Assembly (NCBI GenBank): GCA_036172245.1
Contig: JAYWIR010000004.1
Coordinates: forward strand, 3,844,001-3,908,000
DNA: 64,000 bases
DNA from: Raillietiella orientalis
Taxonomy: Eukaryota
Direction: 5' to 3'
This document shows positions 1-12,900 of the stretch, piece after piece; within the stretch, counting starts at the first letter, position 1, and each line of letters starts with the position of its first letter. A program made the position numbers and the translations under genes. A model generated the notes under the pieces. The model was given only the letters and a program-made list of their open reading frames with translations. It searched no databases and was not told where the DNA came from.

Positions 1-853
1 TAGTCTTCCTCTTTCGAGCGCGGTCAAGAGCGCTACAGCAGCCTCTCTCCCCCAAGCTTTCCCCAGCTTTCCTCTCAAGAGCGTCCTACTCCTCACCTTC
101 CAGACCCACCACCCCACTTTTAAGCTCTGAGCTCTCCTCCGATCCGAGCCCCTTCAATCCTCGTGAAGAGAGCTGCTTTTTCCGCATTTTCGCTCTCGCC
201 GGTTGCTACGGAGAGTGGCTCGCTGGCTGCTCCTTCACCCGCCCTAGCCTTTCGTGCCGGAGGATCAGAGCAGCTATCCAAGGATGGGAACCCCCTTTTC
301 ACTCCCACAGATGCTCCTGAATGACCTTGGGCAACTTGGAAGGGGCTCTGCTTGCGCTTCCGTGCTAGTATTTTTCCCTCCTTATCCCTTCTGTCCACAG
401 GGAACTCTCCCTAGTCCCCGCGGGCATCTCCCAGAGGACAATCTCTCGCCCTTTCTTGACCTCTTGGGGCAGGTTCGATCTTCCTCGTCCCTTCGAGACG
501 GGATGCTTCCCACTTCTATATCCTTGAACGCTCACAGCCGTCATCCTTTCCTACTCCAGGAGTCCCTTCCGCCCCTCCTCCCTGCTGTAAAAGGAGCGGG
601 TGCCGCCATTCCTGCCTCACCCTTCCCCTGAAGGAAAAGATGAGACGCTTCTCCTGGTTCCTCGCTTCTTCGCCTCTGGTGGTGTTCCCCTCCACTGAAT
701 GAACTCCGGAACGGAGAGCAAGGAAGGAGGGAAAGCACACACAGCGACAAGAAGGGGGGAGGAATAGGGAAAAGAAGGGAGAAGGAAGAGAGGGACGTTC
801 CCCTCGGGAACCCTTATGGGGGAGCAGGTCGTTCTCGGCGTGGTTCCCAGGGA

Positions 854-875
854 GAGGAGAGAGGCCTCTCTCCTC
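854..875. repeat. Perfect 22-bp palindrome
   Basis: GAGGAGAGAGGCCTCTCTCCTC, within low-complexity purine/pyrimidine-skewed sequence. Confidence 0.85.
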
Positions 876-3800
876 CTCCTTCGCCTTCCCTCCCCTAAAA
901 GAGAGTCTCTACCCGCATCAGGCCTGAGGGACCGGGAACGGGAGGCCTCCCTTTCTCCGGGCTCTTGGTCCGCGGTCCCGGAAACGTCTCGAGGACGGGC
1001 GCCAGATAGGAAGGGGCGGAAGGGGAGACAGGGAGGCATCGATCGTCGAAAGAGCTCAGGAGGCGCGCACGGGGTCCGAGACGGAAAAGGAACGCCGGAT
1101 CTCGCAGGAAGGGGAGGGGGTAGGGGATGGAAGTCCCGGAACCGTTTCCTTTCCTAACGTGGAGCTCCGGAGCAGTGAAGGCGGCGGTGTGGCTCGGGAA
1201 AGAGCAGGAGGGTTATGGCACCCTTCGACAGAGGAAGAAAGTCCCGGATGGCAGGCGAGCGTGCCATCAGGCTACAGGAGGTCCTCGCCTCCTGCTGGAG
1301 AGCTAAAGTAGGGAATGCAAGGCCAAGAGAAGCAGTGGCAAGATCTCTTTTCTCTTCAGAGCGGGGCGGCGTCGCACCCGTCGTCAAGGAAGGGAGGCAG
1401 GGTAAGACGGGAAGACGCACTTTGCACGGATCGAAGGAGAGAGGATCATAGATGGGGGCAGGTGGAAACGAGGTTGATGAACACGGGAGGCAGGAATGCT
1501 GTGTCAAGGGACTCGCAGGGGGAGAGGAGGAAGAAAAGAAGAGATGAAGGGATCCTTCATTTGTCGCGACCCAAGGAGGGCACTTCGGTCTCGATTGAGC
1601 TCGTTCGATCGTTTTGCGGGCAGAAAAGGAAGAAGGTGAGCGTTAGAGGGGGAAACATGTCATGTATAAGACTTTTCTCCATCCCCCGTCCTGATGAGAA
1701 TGGCCTAAAGGAGGAGGATGCTACGTTCCTGATCCTTGCCTCCAGTACTCCTGGATTTCGTCCGGAGTTCTCATGGTGGATGTTAGTCTCCGTGAATGGG
1801 AACGCGGGACTAGACCGAAAGTTTCTCTCTGAGGAGATAGCTGGCCGTGTAGAGGACGCGTCTTCCTGAGGAAGCGACGCTCGGCATTCTAGGGTTCAAA
1901 GACGCTGGAAAAGATGGCGCTCCAGTCTCTTCCTAGATCCGCATCCGAGGATTGGAGGCTGCGGGAGGAGTGAAACGCAGGGGCAGAGGGGGAGGGAAGA
2001 GGGGAAGGGTTCGCGCCTTCGATCGGAGAGGGGAGAGGAGTGCATCATCCTGCTCCCTGTGGGCACCAGCGAAAAGAGTCGGCAAAGGAGACGCATAGAT
2101 CCTCCAGCGTCCTTGGGCCTTCGGGGTCCGAATGTTCTTTTTCCCCGGCCATGCCACTTCCCTCCCCACTCCCACCCCCAAAGGCGGCAGGAGAAGTCTC
2201 GTCCTGGTCAACGTCCTCTCGCAGCTGCCGAAACCCACGGAAGGGAAGCAAGCGATTAAGGCGGGATTCTGAAGGCATTTCCGCTGCTTCAAAGACATCG
2301 CCGAACAGTGTCCTGCGCGTGCCTCCAGGAGCAGGTAGATCCCACGGTGTCGCCGGATGCGGAAGGGAATTTCCCCATCAGAGCAGAGCTTCAGCATCCC
2401 TCGCCCCGGAAGAGAGCTTGGTTTACTTTCGGGAACGAGTTGCTGTTCCTGAATCGGAGCTCTGGAAACTTCCTTCGAGAAATATGGGACCGAACAGGAA
2501 GGAAGTACTGCTCCCGCGTTTCAGATCGAAGCTGCAATGCACTTCCGGTTCCACAGCGGAGAAAGAAAAGAGGGCTACCGGGGAACTACGAACGCTTCTC
2601 TCTGCTTTTCCCCTTTGCACCCTTGTTGCCACGACTACTGCATCTGCACGAGGGGAACAAGCGTGTTGGACACTGTTCTATGCTCTTGTTCCTCTCAGCC
2701 ACTGCCTGATGATCTCATCTTGGATGTTTCTTGAGAGACTCGTTCCGCTCTTGTTCCTTTCTCCGAGAAGGCAGGAAGGCGAGTGAGCGACGGGAGCTCC
2801 TCTGGAGCAGAGATACGCAGCTTCCGCTTGCAGCCTCCTGCGGAGAGCGTGGTGTGGCGCAGGCAATGAGCCGGTAAGCCGGGGGAAGCACGAAATGCGG
2901 GAAACACGACGACGAGAGAACCGGACGAGCAAGCGACGCAGCCAGAGACTTCTATCAAAGGAAGTGGAAAGACGCAGCAGCAGTAGCGCTCGAAAGGCTC
3001 ACCCGAACGGTAAATTGACTGCACCCTAGGATGCTACGTGCTCGGAGGAAGGTCGTGGTTCCGGAAGGAGTGCGTCTCACCTTCCACTCGCCTCATGGCT
3101 ACCGGATGCGGTTCAGCCGCAACTCATGCTGCGTTTCCAAGGACAACGGCTCTTTCCAAGTAGGTGGACCGTGGCTGCTTTTGTGCATATTCGTAATGAT
3201 GTTCACAAAGTTTAGACTGGAAGAAGCACTGCAGTATTTTAGTTTGTTCTCAGCGAGCGCTCAAAGCTTGCTTCGTAGATGCTGCTTGTGATTAGCTCTC
3301 GAAAATGGAGTTCCCCTAATCTCCCGAAACGCACTGACGCCGCGACAGCTCCTCAAATAAGAAGCTATCTTCACCGACCCTGTTGCGAGAACCCCTCTCA
3401 GATAGAGGTTTTCTACGCTGCTTCCGTATAGCCTCAGTGAAGGCACTCAACCATCCGCAAGGATGAAGAAAATCCTCTCATTATGAAGTTCAAAGTCTTG
3501 GACCAGATAAGAACATGGAAGAACGTAGTGCAGCTCTTCCTGCTAGTTCCGCATTTCCATCAGATGCTATCAGAATTCTCAGCTTCAGCCTCTGGAGCTG
3601 ATCATTTCAGTTTTTCTTCTCTCAGAATAACCTTTCACTTGAATCTCTCAGTAAATTCGGAAAGTCCAACTCATTATTCGGACTCTCCAAAAACGAGTCC
3701 AGCTGCTCTTTGCTGCTTGTGGCTCGTTTCCTTGGTTTGTTCAGGAGCTAAGAGGCGCTGAGTTTTTTTTCCCTTCTGATTTTGAAAAATTGCTTCATGC

Positions 3801-5989
3801 ACATTGCTCAACAGATCAATATTTTCCTGGGAACGTCTCCATTCTCCACAGCTCTCCAGCCCTGTGTCCTATACTCTCTTTGCACTGTTACTTTCTTTTA
3901 TCATTTACGGATCTTGACGAAACTCAGCCCCACAAAATGGACCTGAAGTCCAATACTGTTGACGCCATAAGGCCTATGTAACCTATTTTCTCCTTGTCAA
4001 ATTCATAGGAGTAAAGGAAAGCTCACCTTTAAGCTTCTCGGAGACCATCCGAATGATGTGTGCTCAAGTGTGAGTGTGAGAACCAATCAGCTGATGGACG
4101 AAGGAAGTTTTGGAAAGCGGAGCTACTAAGCAACAAGAACCAAGAGACTGTCAGCAGGAACAAACTCATTCTTTTTGCCTCACCAGGCATCGTGGTTTAC
4201 CTCTTTTCCATGGTAGGCAGAAGGTTTCCTACGACAGCGTGTGGAATCCAAATCTCAACAGTGCGACGACTGTGTCGTGAGTCTTCTGGCGTGGAATGCA
4301 AGGAAAATCTGTTTCTGATTTGCCGTTAACTAGTTGGGCCAGTGGAAGTATCACTTCAACAATTCCATCGGGAATTCTGGAAAGCGTGCATTTTCAGAAT
4401 TTTTCCCAAAATTTGGAAACATCCTAGAAATTCTTTAGGGAGACCGATGTTTCCAATTTTGAAGTACTGCCGCTCCGCGGAATTCCTGCAACGATCTTTT
4501 TGACGGCTAAAAGTTCTCTGAAGGCATCAGATTCTAAACCAACACTTCACTTGAAAGGTTGATTACAAATATGAAAAGGAAGCCGTCAGGATGCTTGAAT
4601 AAACAGAAGCACGTGAGGATGTAAACAAGGAGAAGCAGGGATTTCAGTAAGCAGTCCTGACGCAGGCAAGTTCCCAGAAGATAACAAAGGGAATACATAT
4701 TGGGTCTCGGTCTTAGAGCACAAGATGGCCTCACAGCACTTCCATCATCCAATGAATTACCGGAAAAATCGACCTGGAAGCTCAAAGTCCATCTGCAGCC
4801 TCTTGACCTTATCTCGAAGGCGAACGAGCTGCATACCAACGGAAGACAATTTTCAACACCTCCATCTGAGATGAAACCTTGTGTTTCTGGAAGCGTCATC
4901 AGCATGAATACTTTCATGAAAGAATACAGCTTATGAAATTTGAATTATGGGACGGGAATCTGTTTAAAATAATCGGTCTTCTCATCTCCATCTCACCTTT
5001 TCAGATTCTCGTGCCATCATTGCGCTAGGGATGCAAACGACTGGCGTATGAGCATCGCACTTTTAAACATTTGGCCTTCATCCTCAAAATCGGGAACAGA
5101 AGGATGCAAAAATGGACATACCCTGTAAATAAAGAGACGAACTTGCTCCTAAGCCTGAGAGAAAAGTCGGAGCTGAAAAGTAGAATGTGTTTGGGGAGCT
5201 GACATTGGTGGATCAACTGGTTAAACGATTGTGAGTCTGCAGATACAACTTTATATTTGCGAACGCAAATATAAAGCTGGAAAAACACCATTACATAATG
5301 CAGGAATGATGGATTTGTTTGCATCAGAATTTCTTTTTGCCTAGTTAGATTAAACGCCTGCTCATCTGTAACTCTTGCGGTCGTTCTTTAAGTGTAGCAC
5401 AACCACAAAACCGATTCTCTGCTGTCAAGTTTCCAGCCACCAGCCCACTCCCGTTGCCACTTGATGCTCGACGGGCGTGCCACACACACGATGAAAGCTC
5501 TGAAATAAACATGACCTGTTTTTTAATAAGAAAAATGCCAAAAATAATCCCTCTGCGGTGCATTCGTTTTGCAACAGTGGTGCAGCAAGATGCATAGGAT
5601 ATTTCCATGCTCGAAGAGCACTGAAAGGAAGATAATACCTTGCAAGTTCACTGACTTGAGTTTCAAGTAAGAAAATCGTTTTTTCTAAAACTTAAGGTAG
5701 TACAACTGAAAATGACAAAGCTCCATCACAGATACCAGGGGGCTCAACTGTGGGAACGGCGAGAAACATTCCAAAGATCGCATTTTTATTCCTCAGAACT
5801 TTCCTCGCTCATGCTGATTTGATTTCATCTTCTCTGATTCGATTCTGTTCTCTCTCGATAACAATAGGAGGACACTCGCTTTATGGGAGACAGATTAATG
5901 ACCTGAGAGGGAATTCAGTCCTTGATGTCATCCATCGATCATGGTGATAATGAAGAAGTGTTCTTCCATTGAAGTCTGGAAGACGAAGT

Positions 5990-6345
5990 TCTGCTGCATT
6001 TTGCCTTACTGCTTGGTACCTTTGTTGAGTGTAAAGGAATATCTCTAGCCAAGGCACACAACTTGGACTGAGTATTCAACAGGATCCCTTCTCAGTTCTT
6101 CTTGAGACAGAAGTCATCCTTCCATTGTAAATGCAACTACCGTGTTACTTTCAGCAGTGCATGATATTCTACATGAGTGGTCAACTGTGGGATTTGGATT
6201 CCTGTATCCTGCATCAGATTTTTCTTCATTATACTGAGATGATAATATATCAGTCAAATTATGACAACTCTTTGTTAGTTGGATGTTATGGTTATATCCT
6301 TGTCAGTATGTTATCTGATGGCATTCACTTGAAAATGATCACTAT
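5990..6345 (-). mobile_element. Possible ancient CR1-group LINE RT remnant
   Basis: Minus-strand fragments in the expected order across frameshifts: IVIIFK, DITITSN*, AGYRNPNPTVDH (cf. GFRxxRSTxDH), AF..WKDDFCLK (cf. AFDxVWxxGLxxK), WLEIFL...RYQAV. Confidence 0.35.
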
Positions 6346-6443
6346 TTATTGATTAAGTAATGTGATGAAATTCATTCTTGAAGTGTCCAAAAGTCGTCGG
6401 AGTCTATTAAAACAAGAACTTAATTCAGTAGTAGTGTCCTTAG

Positions 6444-6955
6444 GATGCTAGTGACAGCACTACGAGGCTGGCCTCAGCTCTCCTGCACCAGGGGGACACC
6501 GCAAGAAACTTGATGCGCCGCTTCTTCACGCCAGGCAGCCTGTTCTTAGGTGCTGTCATCGCGACGGTCTGTTGCACCTGCGCCATTGACAAGGTCCATC
6601 AAGAGCTGGAGACCCAGGAGATTCGTCGTCAGGCCACCGGAATAGCCGGCGTGAACATGGCGTCGGCTGCCGAGTGGACCCATCTTCCAGAGGACGTTAG
6701 GACGAGATCACGGGCATCCATAGCCGGTTCTGAAAGATAGGAACGGCCAAACCAAAGACCCCTGTCCCCTCCCCTCCCCACATCTTTATTTCTATTTTTT
6801 ATATGTGTATTTGTGGTCCCCTCCCTCCCGTTCCGGACCTTAGGTTTACCGACCTGCGTGACGGGGATCCCCCCCTTCGTTTCTTCTGTGTCCTTGGTCC
6901 GGGAACTCTGTTCCTGGATAGTTTAGGAATAAACGCCCCGGCGCACCCTGGTGAG
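6444..6955 (+). mobile_element. Probable 3'-terminal fragment of a related L1/Tx1-like element (ORF tail and 3' UTR)
   Basis: Open frame 6444-6740 (...RFFTPGSLFLGAVIATVCCTCAI...) loosely resembles the post-zinc-knuckle tail at 48850-48930 (...LFLFNALTPAASLAALCCLRGI...). It is followed by a T-rich tract, GACCTGCGTG and AATAAACGCCCCGGCG (6928-6943), which is identical to 49297-49312. Confidence 0.45.
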
Positions 6956-9900
6956 AAACAGCACAACGAGATGCTGATCTCTAAAAACCTTCTAAAAACC
7001 ATACGCACATCATTTTCCACTCTTCCATGAAAGTCAGGTTTCAGACTTTTTGTGGCATCATTTGAATTTGACTCAATTCGAGAAAGTTTCTTTACCACCT
7101 CAAGATTTACCGACGTTCTCTTAAAGGAACTTTGGTAGCTTGATATTTATCAAGTAATGATGGAAAAGGCATATGAGAATTATCTTACGGAAATGTGCAG
7201 GTGGATTTAATAAACATTATGTATCTAACAGAGGTACGTTCTATGAATAGTGATTGAAGGACTCACCTTCATTTGCCATTTGAAAGTGATTTCTTCGGAT
7301 AACTACTAATCATTGATCATTAGTTGATCATTGATCAACAGTATTATGTCCAAAACCATGAAATTACCTACTATATTTGAATCCTGTGGTAAGCAGATCA
7401 GAATTATTGTCTACATAGTAGGATAAAAGCATGGCTTCGTCATCGAGGCACGGACATGCTAATGTAATGAAATCAAGAAATCATTCTCACTAAAATGGAG
7501 ATTAATTAAAAAGAGGGAAAGCAACAAGGCTCTGTTTACACATTGACGTATGTAGCAAGTACTACTTCATCAAAATTGGATTTAGGCAGTGCAGATGCTC
7601 TTGTTTTTGGTGACTTTTACAAACGTACAATATTTTTTCGTTCATACATACTAGAACTGTAAAGAGCGGAGGATCTAGTTGTAAGCTCCTTGAGAGGCTG
7701 TTTCTCTAAGCCACTCTTACAGCACTGTATTTGGCATGTTACGCCAGCATTCATTTAATATAAGAGTGCGACTAATTTGAAGGCATCATCAATTCTAAGA
7801 CGCCTAAAAGGATTTTATTGAAATCCATTTCTTGATCCAAATGGAGATGAATGGAAAGATTCGTTTTCTGTGAATTGAATAGCCAATAAGGTAGTCAAGG
7901 TGTTGACGGTTACAAAAAAAAAAACTTTTTCCAATAAAAATGAACTCTTCCTAGGAAGATTCAATGCTGTACGCAAGAAAAACTTTCTATAAGTGGGAAT
8001 CAAATAAAAAAATTGCGGGCTGAATTGCTCAGGGCGCTGTTTGAAAAGTTTTGGGTCAAGTTTTAAAGATAGCAGTGGACGGAGCTCTGAGATTTCCAGG
8101 ACCTTGTCGTGGGCACTCTGGTGTATAGCATTACGTTTTTTGGAAATATAGGTTGTCTGCGAACCTTGTGATGGAAAAAACAAAAAAGATGTTCGAATAA
8201 GAAGGTTCTGAAATTAAGCCAAACGTTTTCAAAAGCGTTGGCTCCGAAAGACCTCAAGAAGATGGTTGCGAAGGGTCTGTTGGTTACAAGTAAGGTTCAA
8301 GGCAACAGGCAAGTTCCCACGGATCTGCTGGAAACTGGAAGGTTTCACAACCAGTTGACTCGCCTCGCGAGCACGTTCGGACCCATCGAGTGAAAATGCA
8401 GAAACAGTCAGCTTCTGGTGCTCGTTCCTGATTTGTAGTAGATAGGGGGAAAATCCAGGCTGATACGTCCGTGTATTATTTCGTTAGTTAGACCGGAAAC
8501 GAGGATCGAAGCCATTCATGGGATAAGAGACAAAAATCAAATCACCGAAAACAAATCAGAGAAGCAACCAAGCCAATGGAGCAATTTGTGTAGGATGCAA
8601 GGAAGGATCGAAAAGTCTACAGGGAATGAGGGCAGCGCAGTCAATGGTTTAATAACATCAGGATGATTAAGCGACGAATAAATTCTCATGCTCCTGCTAA
8701 TTCTTTTAATGTCTGTGATGTTTGGAATTGATAGAGTTGTCAGCATGAACAGAAAGATAGGAGAGAAATCCAGTCTCTGGTATATCAGCGTACTATTTTT
8801 GTTACCTAGGCTGCAGACGAGGATCAGTACCATCCATGAGATGAGTGACGAAAACCAAAGAATCAAAAACCAGTTAGATATCATCTAGAAAAGATGCTTC
8901 AGTAGGAGGATGAAGAAGAGAACTGCCACGTTTGCAACCCCGTTGCGTTCACAAATGACACTAGCATTCGTGTGGATCGAGTGGCGTTTCCTCAACCGAA
9001 TTCTTCAGTGAAAATAAAACAAATCACCGATAAGTAGGTGAAATGTGGTCCGAAACAAATGCACGCGTGCACAGGAAATCATTCAACACAAAACCGTTAG
9101 CATGCTGGCATTGAGAAATAATGATAGGGGATGGCCGACTTCTTGGAATCTTCCCGTCTACTTCTGTGGAACTGCATTGCAACAGCTTCCACGCGAAGGA
9201 CAGATGCACACGAAAGACAGATGCCATCATCAAATTTTAACTTCATCCTGAAGTTCAGAAACCAAACTTTTTTGGCCTTGAATTCACATTCGGTAAGACA
9301 TTAGATGTTGCCAATTAGATACTGATTTCTTGCTTTCAATTCAGAAAACCACAGGTGAAAGGCAATGGTTGTCTTAATTAACAGTGCCTTCCGCCAGCAA
9401 ACTGGGTCATTTCAATCGCGTCCACTGAGGGAGGCATGGATAATAAGGGCACTCGATTGGACAACGAAACACTGAAACTACTGAAATACAGATGAAATCT
9501 AAAATCAAATAGGTGGACCGGGGATGCTGGAAAAAATCAAAGCGATTTGTAAGTCTCCAAAAGGAAAAAAAGGTAATGCAAGCTGCAAAGAATTCAGAAA
9601 TTCATGGGATCTGGAAATTGCATAGACGGAAATAGAATACTAGATTCCAAATCGGAATCCCGTTGAGAAAAAGAGGGCAATATTTCCGATTTTTAAAACT
9701 GGAAGGTAACCTGCAACACCTAGAATGGTTTCAGAGTTCAGAGTTTGCAACTGAAAAATCGATACAGGGCATATTCGAGGCGAGTGAGATGAGAAACAGC
9801 TAAAGATTGCATCTGAAGAATCTTTTTTGTCATCTTTGCGTGCTGAGAATGCAACACGTAGAAGAGAGAAGTCAGTTCCATCGAATGATGTGTAAAAAGT

Positions 9901-12900
9901 GACATAAAAAGTGAATGGACACGACCGGAATTTAAGCCGAGAATGATCGAATCAACCAAATTCCAGCATGAATCGGCCTCCTTCTCATTAGTGGACACCA
10001 AGAAAGGATCTGGAGGCTGCTTTTGCTCCAATCTTTCGAATGATATCTTATATTTTAAATTCCCCTAAGCTTATTTGTTTTTTTATAAAACAGGGATTCC
10101 ATCATGATTATTTCTTATGCTACTGTTAATGTCTATCATTGCGCTGCTATCCTTTTTTGCAGTGGTTATCCTTTGTTAATTAAAGATGTTTAAAATTACT
10201 CCAAGTGCTGCAGTCTTGAATTTACTTCGAATTAAGAAAGGTTGACATGGAGACACAAACAGACGGGAGCACTTTTCGCAGAGACAGGGAAGCAAAGCTC
10301 ACGAAACACCAAATCATTCATGATCCTTTTCTCCTACGAGTTTCCGTTCGTGAAGAAAGTGGAACCTGAAGCTCACAGAACAGAATGAAGTTCACAAAAC
10401 AGAGCCGCCATCAAGAGAGGATAGCAGAACTCAAGGACTGCTCGCATCCCATCAGACCCAAACAGATGGAAGGAAGCAATCGTTCAATCTTTCACCAGCC
10501 GAGAAATCTACAGCTTCACGGATGTGGGATGGCCGTTATGCAGACGTGCTGTTGAGAAAGAGCAGTTGCAATGCGGAAACTATCAAACAAGACAAGCAGT
10601 TGAGGATAAAGAAAAATATGGGACAGCTAGTGAAGAAGCAGGAGCCTCAGAGAAGCTCCATCAACTAGAGGCACCAAGATGTCATTCCCATGAGAAGAGT
10701 TGGGCATACATGAGAGGCAGATCTGCTGTCGAAGCTAAATTTCAAATTAAAAAGCTTTTCGTTTTAGCGGAAAAATCCTGTTCGTCTCTTCCATGAGGAT
10801 CGAAACCGAATTCGCTCCCAAAAAAGAAACTTCGAACTTTTCAAGAAGATGAAATCTAAATATTCAGATTTTTCAATTGCTCCTTTGAAGAGTTTTCCGT
10901 TGTTCGCTCTTCCAATCACACAGCTAAAGTCGTTGTGATAATTATCAGATAGTTACTTAAGTTGTTTCGAGGCACGTCGTTTTTGTATTCATAGCATCGT
11001 GTTATCACATGAGTCCGCACCACATAGATGGCATCTAACATATGAAAGGAAAGATCGCTGCTGCTGGGGAAAACCAGGCATTGTGGAACCGTCATTAGAG
11101 AAAAGGCAGGAATAAATTTAAGTGAATTATCTGGCGAGGGTGAGAGAGCCAAACTTACTATACTGAAAATGTGCGAAATAAATGCACTGAAGTTGAGGGA
11201 AATAAACTGTCGGCTCAGATGTCTCATAACGCGGCGGAATGCCTCCGAAAAAATGCCCTCGATCTATTCAGAATGGAACTTACAAGCGTACTAAAAAGGT
11301 TGAAATAGTCCAGAACTTCCCCTTGAAATTACCTTTCTCAGTAGAAAAGGATTTCTGTCGTAACAAGGATAGATTCCAGATTGCGGAGTAAGACGCAGTG
11401 AGCAGGGAGTGCAATGGAGAAACGGCTACAGACAATGAGAAGCACTGAGCAACGGTGAATCTGAATGCTCTCGTTCCGCAGATGGTGATGTGATCCATGA
11501 TAGTTGGATTGGAAGATGTCAACGAGCTAGATGATGCGGTATGAAAAAAATTCAAATTGCAAGGGCCAATCAAGCATCAAGAGGAAGAGCATGTTTGTCC
11601 CTCGGTTCGATTCCAAGGTGTTGTAATCGATGCCATCTCCCCCTCACAGGTCGTTTGCACAAGCGGAAAGAAGAAAACGCAGACCACAACAGTGAATCCT
11701 GATGGATGGTAGAATCTTCCGGCGAGAAATATTTCTATCTGAAACGGTTCTGATAGTCCCTGATAGCCCACGCACCCGGAGAGAGTTCAGCCTCCCAACA
11801 GTCGCTTCTTGAGCAAAGCACTGAATGAAAAAACTGCTCCAAGAACGGTTTTCATTCGAAGGACTGATGAAATTTCGCATCAAGGCTGGCCACAGGACGC
11901 TTATGTGCTTAGTTGGCGGAAGCAAGGGATATGTATGATAATCGTTAGAGGATCTCTGCTCTCTTCCCGAACCGGTCTTGTTCACATCACCCGATGCTCC
12001 GCTGTACTAATCAGAACCGTGGTGAACTGGACTCACAGGTCCCCGGAGCTGCTAATCACTCCACATCAATTCATCTCTCGGTGCTCGCTTGTTTCCTTTC
12101 GGTATCAGCATCAGGTGTGCCGAGCGATTCGTTTTATGAGGAATGAAGTGGCGTTGCATGAGCAGCCTCGCAATAATTTCGAAAGTAAAAACTTCCTCTC
12201 TTTATTGATTCCCTTGTTGTTTCTCATCCAGTGCAATAAAACGATTATTTATTGCACCAGCGGAATCAAGAACATTACTGATGAAAACTCGGACTCTCGA
12301 CATTTCTACACCTACATTATCATCGGCTAGAAAGTTTTCAGCAACCCTCTGTCAAGAGACTGCTTTCCTTCCCGGGTCCCATTGACTGAGGACTTCACAT
12401 TCGTTGCTTAGCTTTCACCCCATTCCCGCTCTTCAGCTTGAGATGGATCAGATGCTCGCAGACAGCTACCAACTTGCCAAGCTCCCCAAACTGTTCCGCA
12501 TCGGGAGAAAGAATAAGCTAGAGGAGTGTTTGCTTGGGTGGTAGGTTTTGTGGAGACTAGACCTCGGTTTCTCCCAAAGACACTCCTCACTTGTTTTCAC
12601 AACACAACATATTCAATCTAAGCACGACTGAGTTTCCGATTCAGGGAATATCGTGGAATCCAAACGCTTGATTATGTAACGAAGATTTGCTCTTTCTTTT
12701 TGGTGCTTCTCTAACTGACCGCCGAATGATGCTGGACGTTTGAGAACCTCCCCTTCCTTTACAAAGCAAGTGACAAAGAGCGAAGATGTTCCACCGAATT
12801 AATGGTTGTACTCGAATATGATTCTGCTTATGGAGTGAGTTGCCTCACGATACGAGCCTCCCTGAATGCAGATTTTTCCATTTAAAACATCAAAGAGTCT

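Noticed and set aside
8240..8320. Histone H1-like phrase LKKMVAKGLL.../LQVRFKATGKF
   Set aside because: Needs a frameshift, and the rest of the globular domain and the Lys-rich tail are absent.
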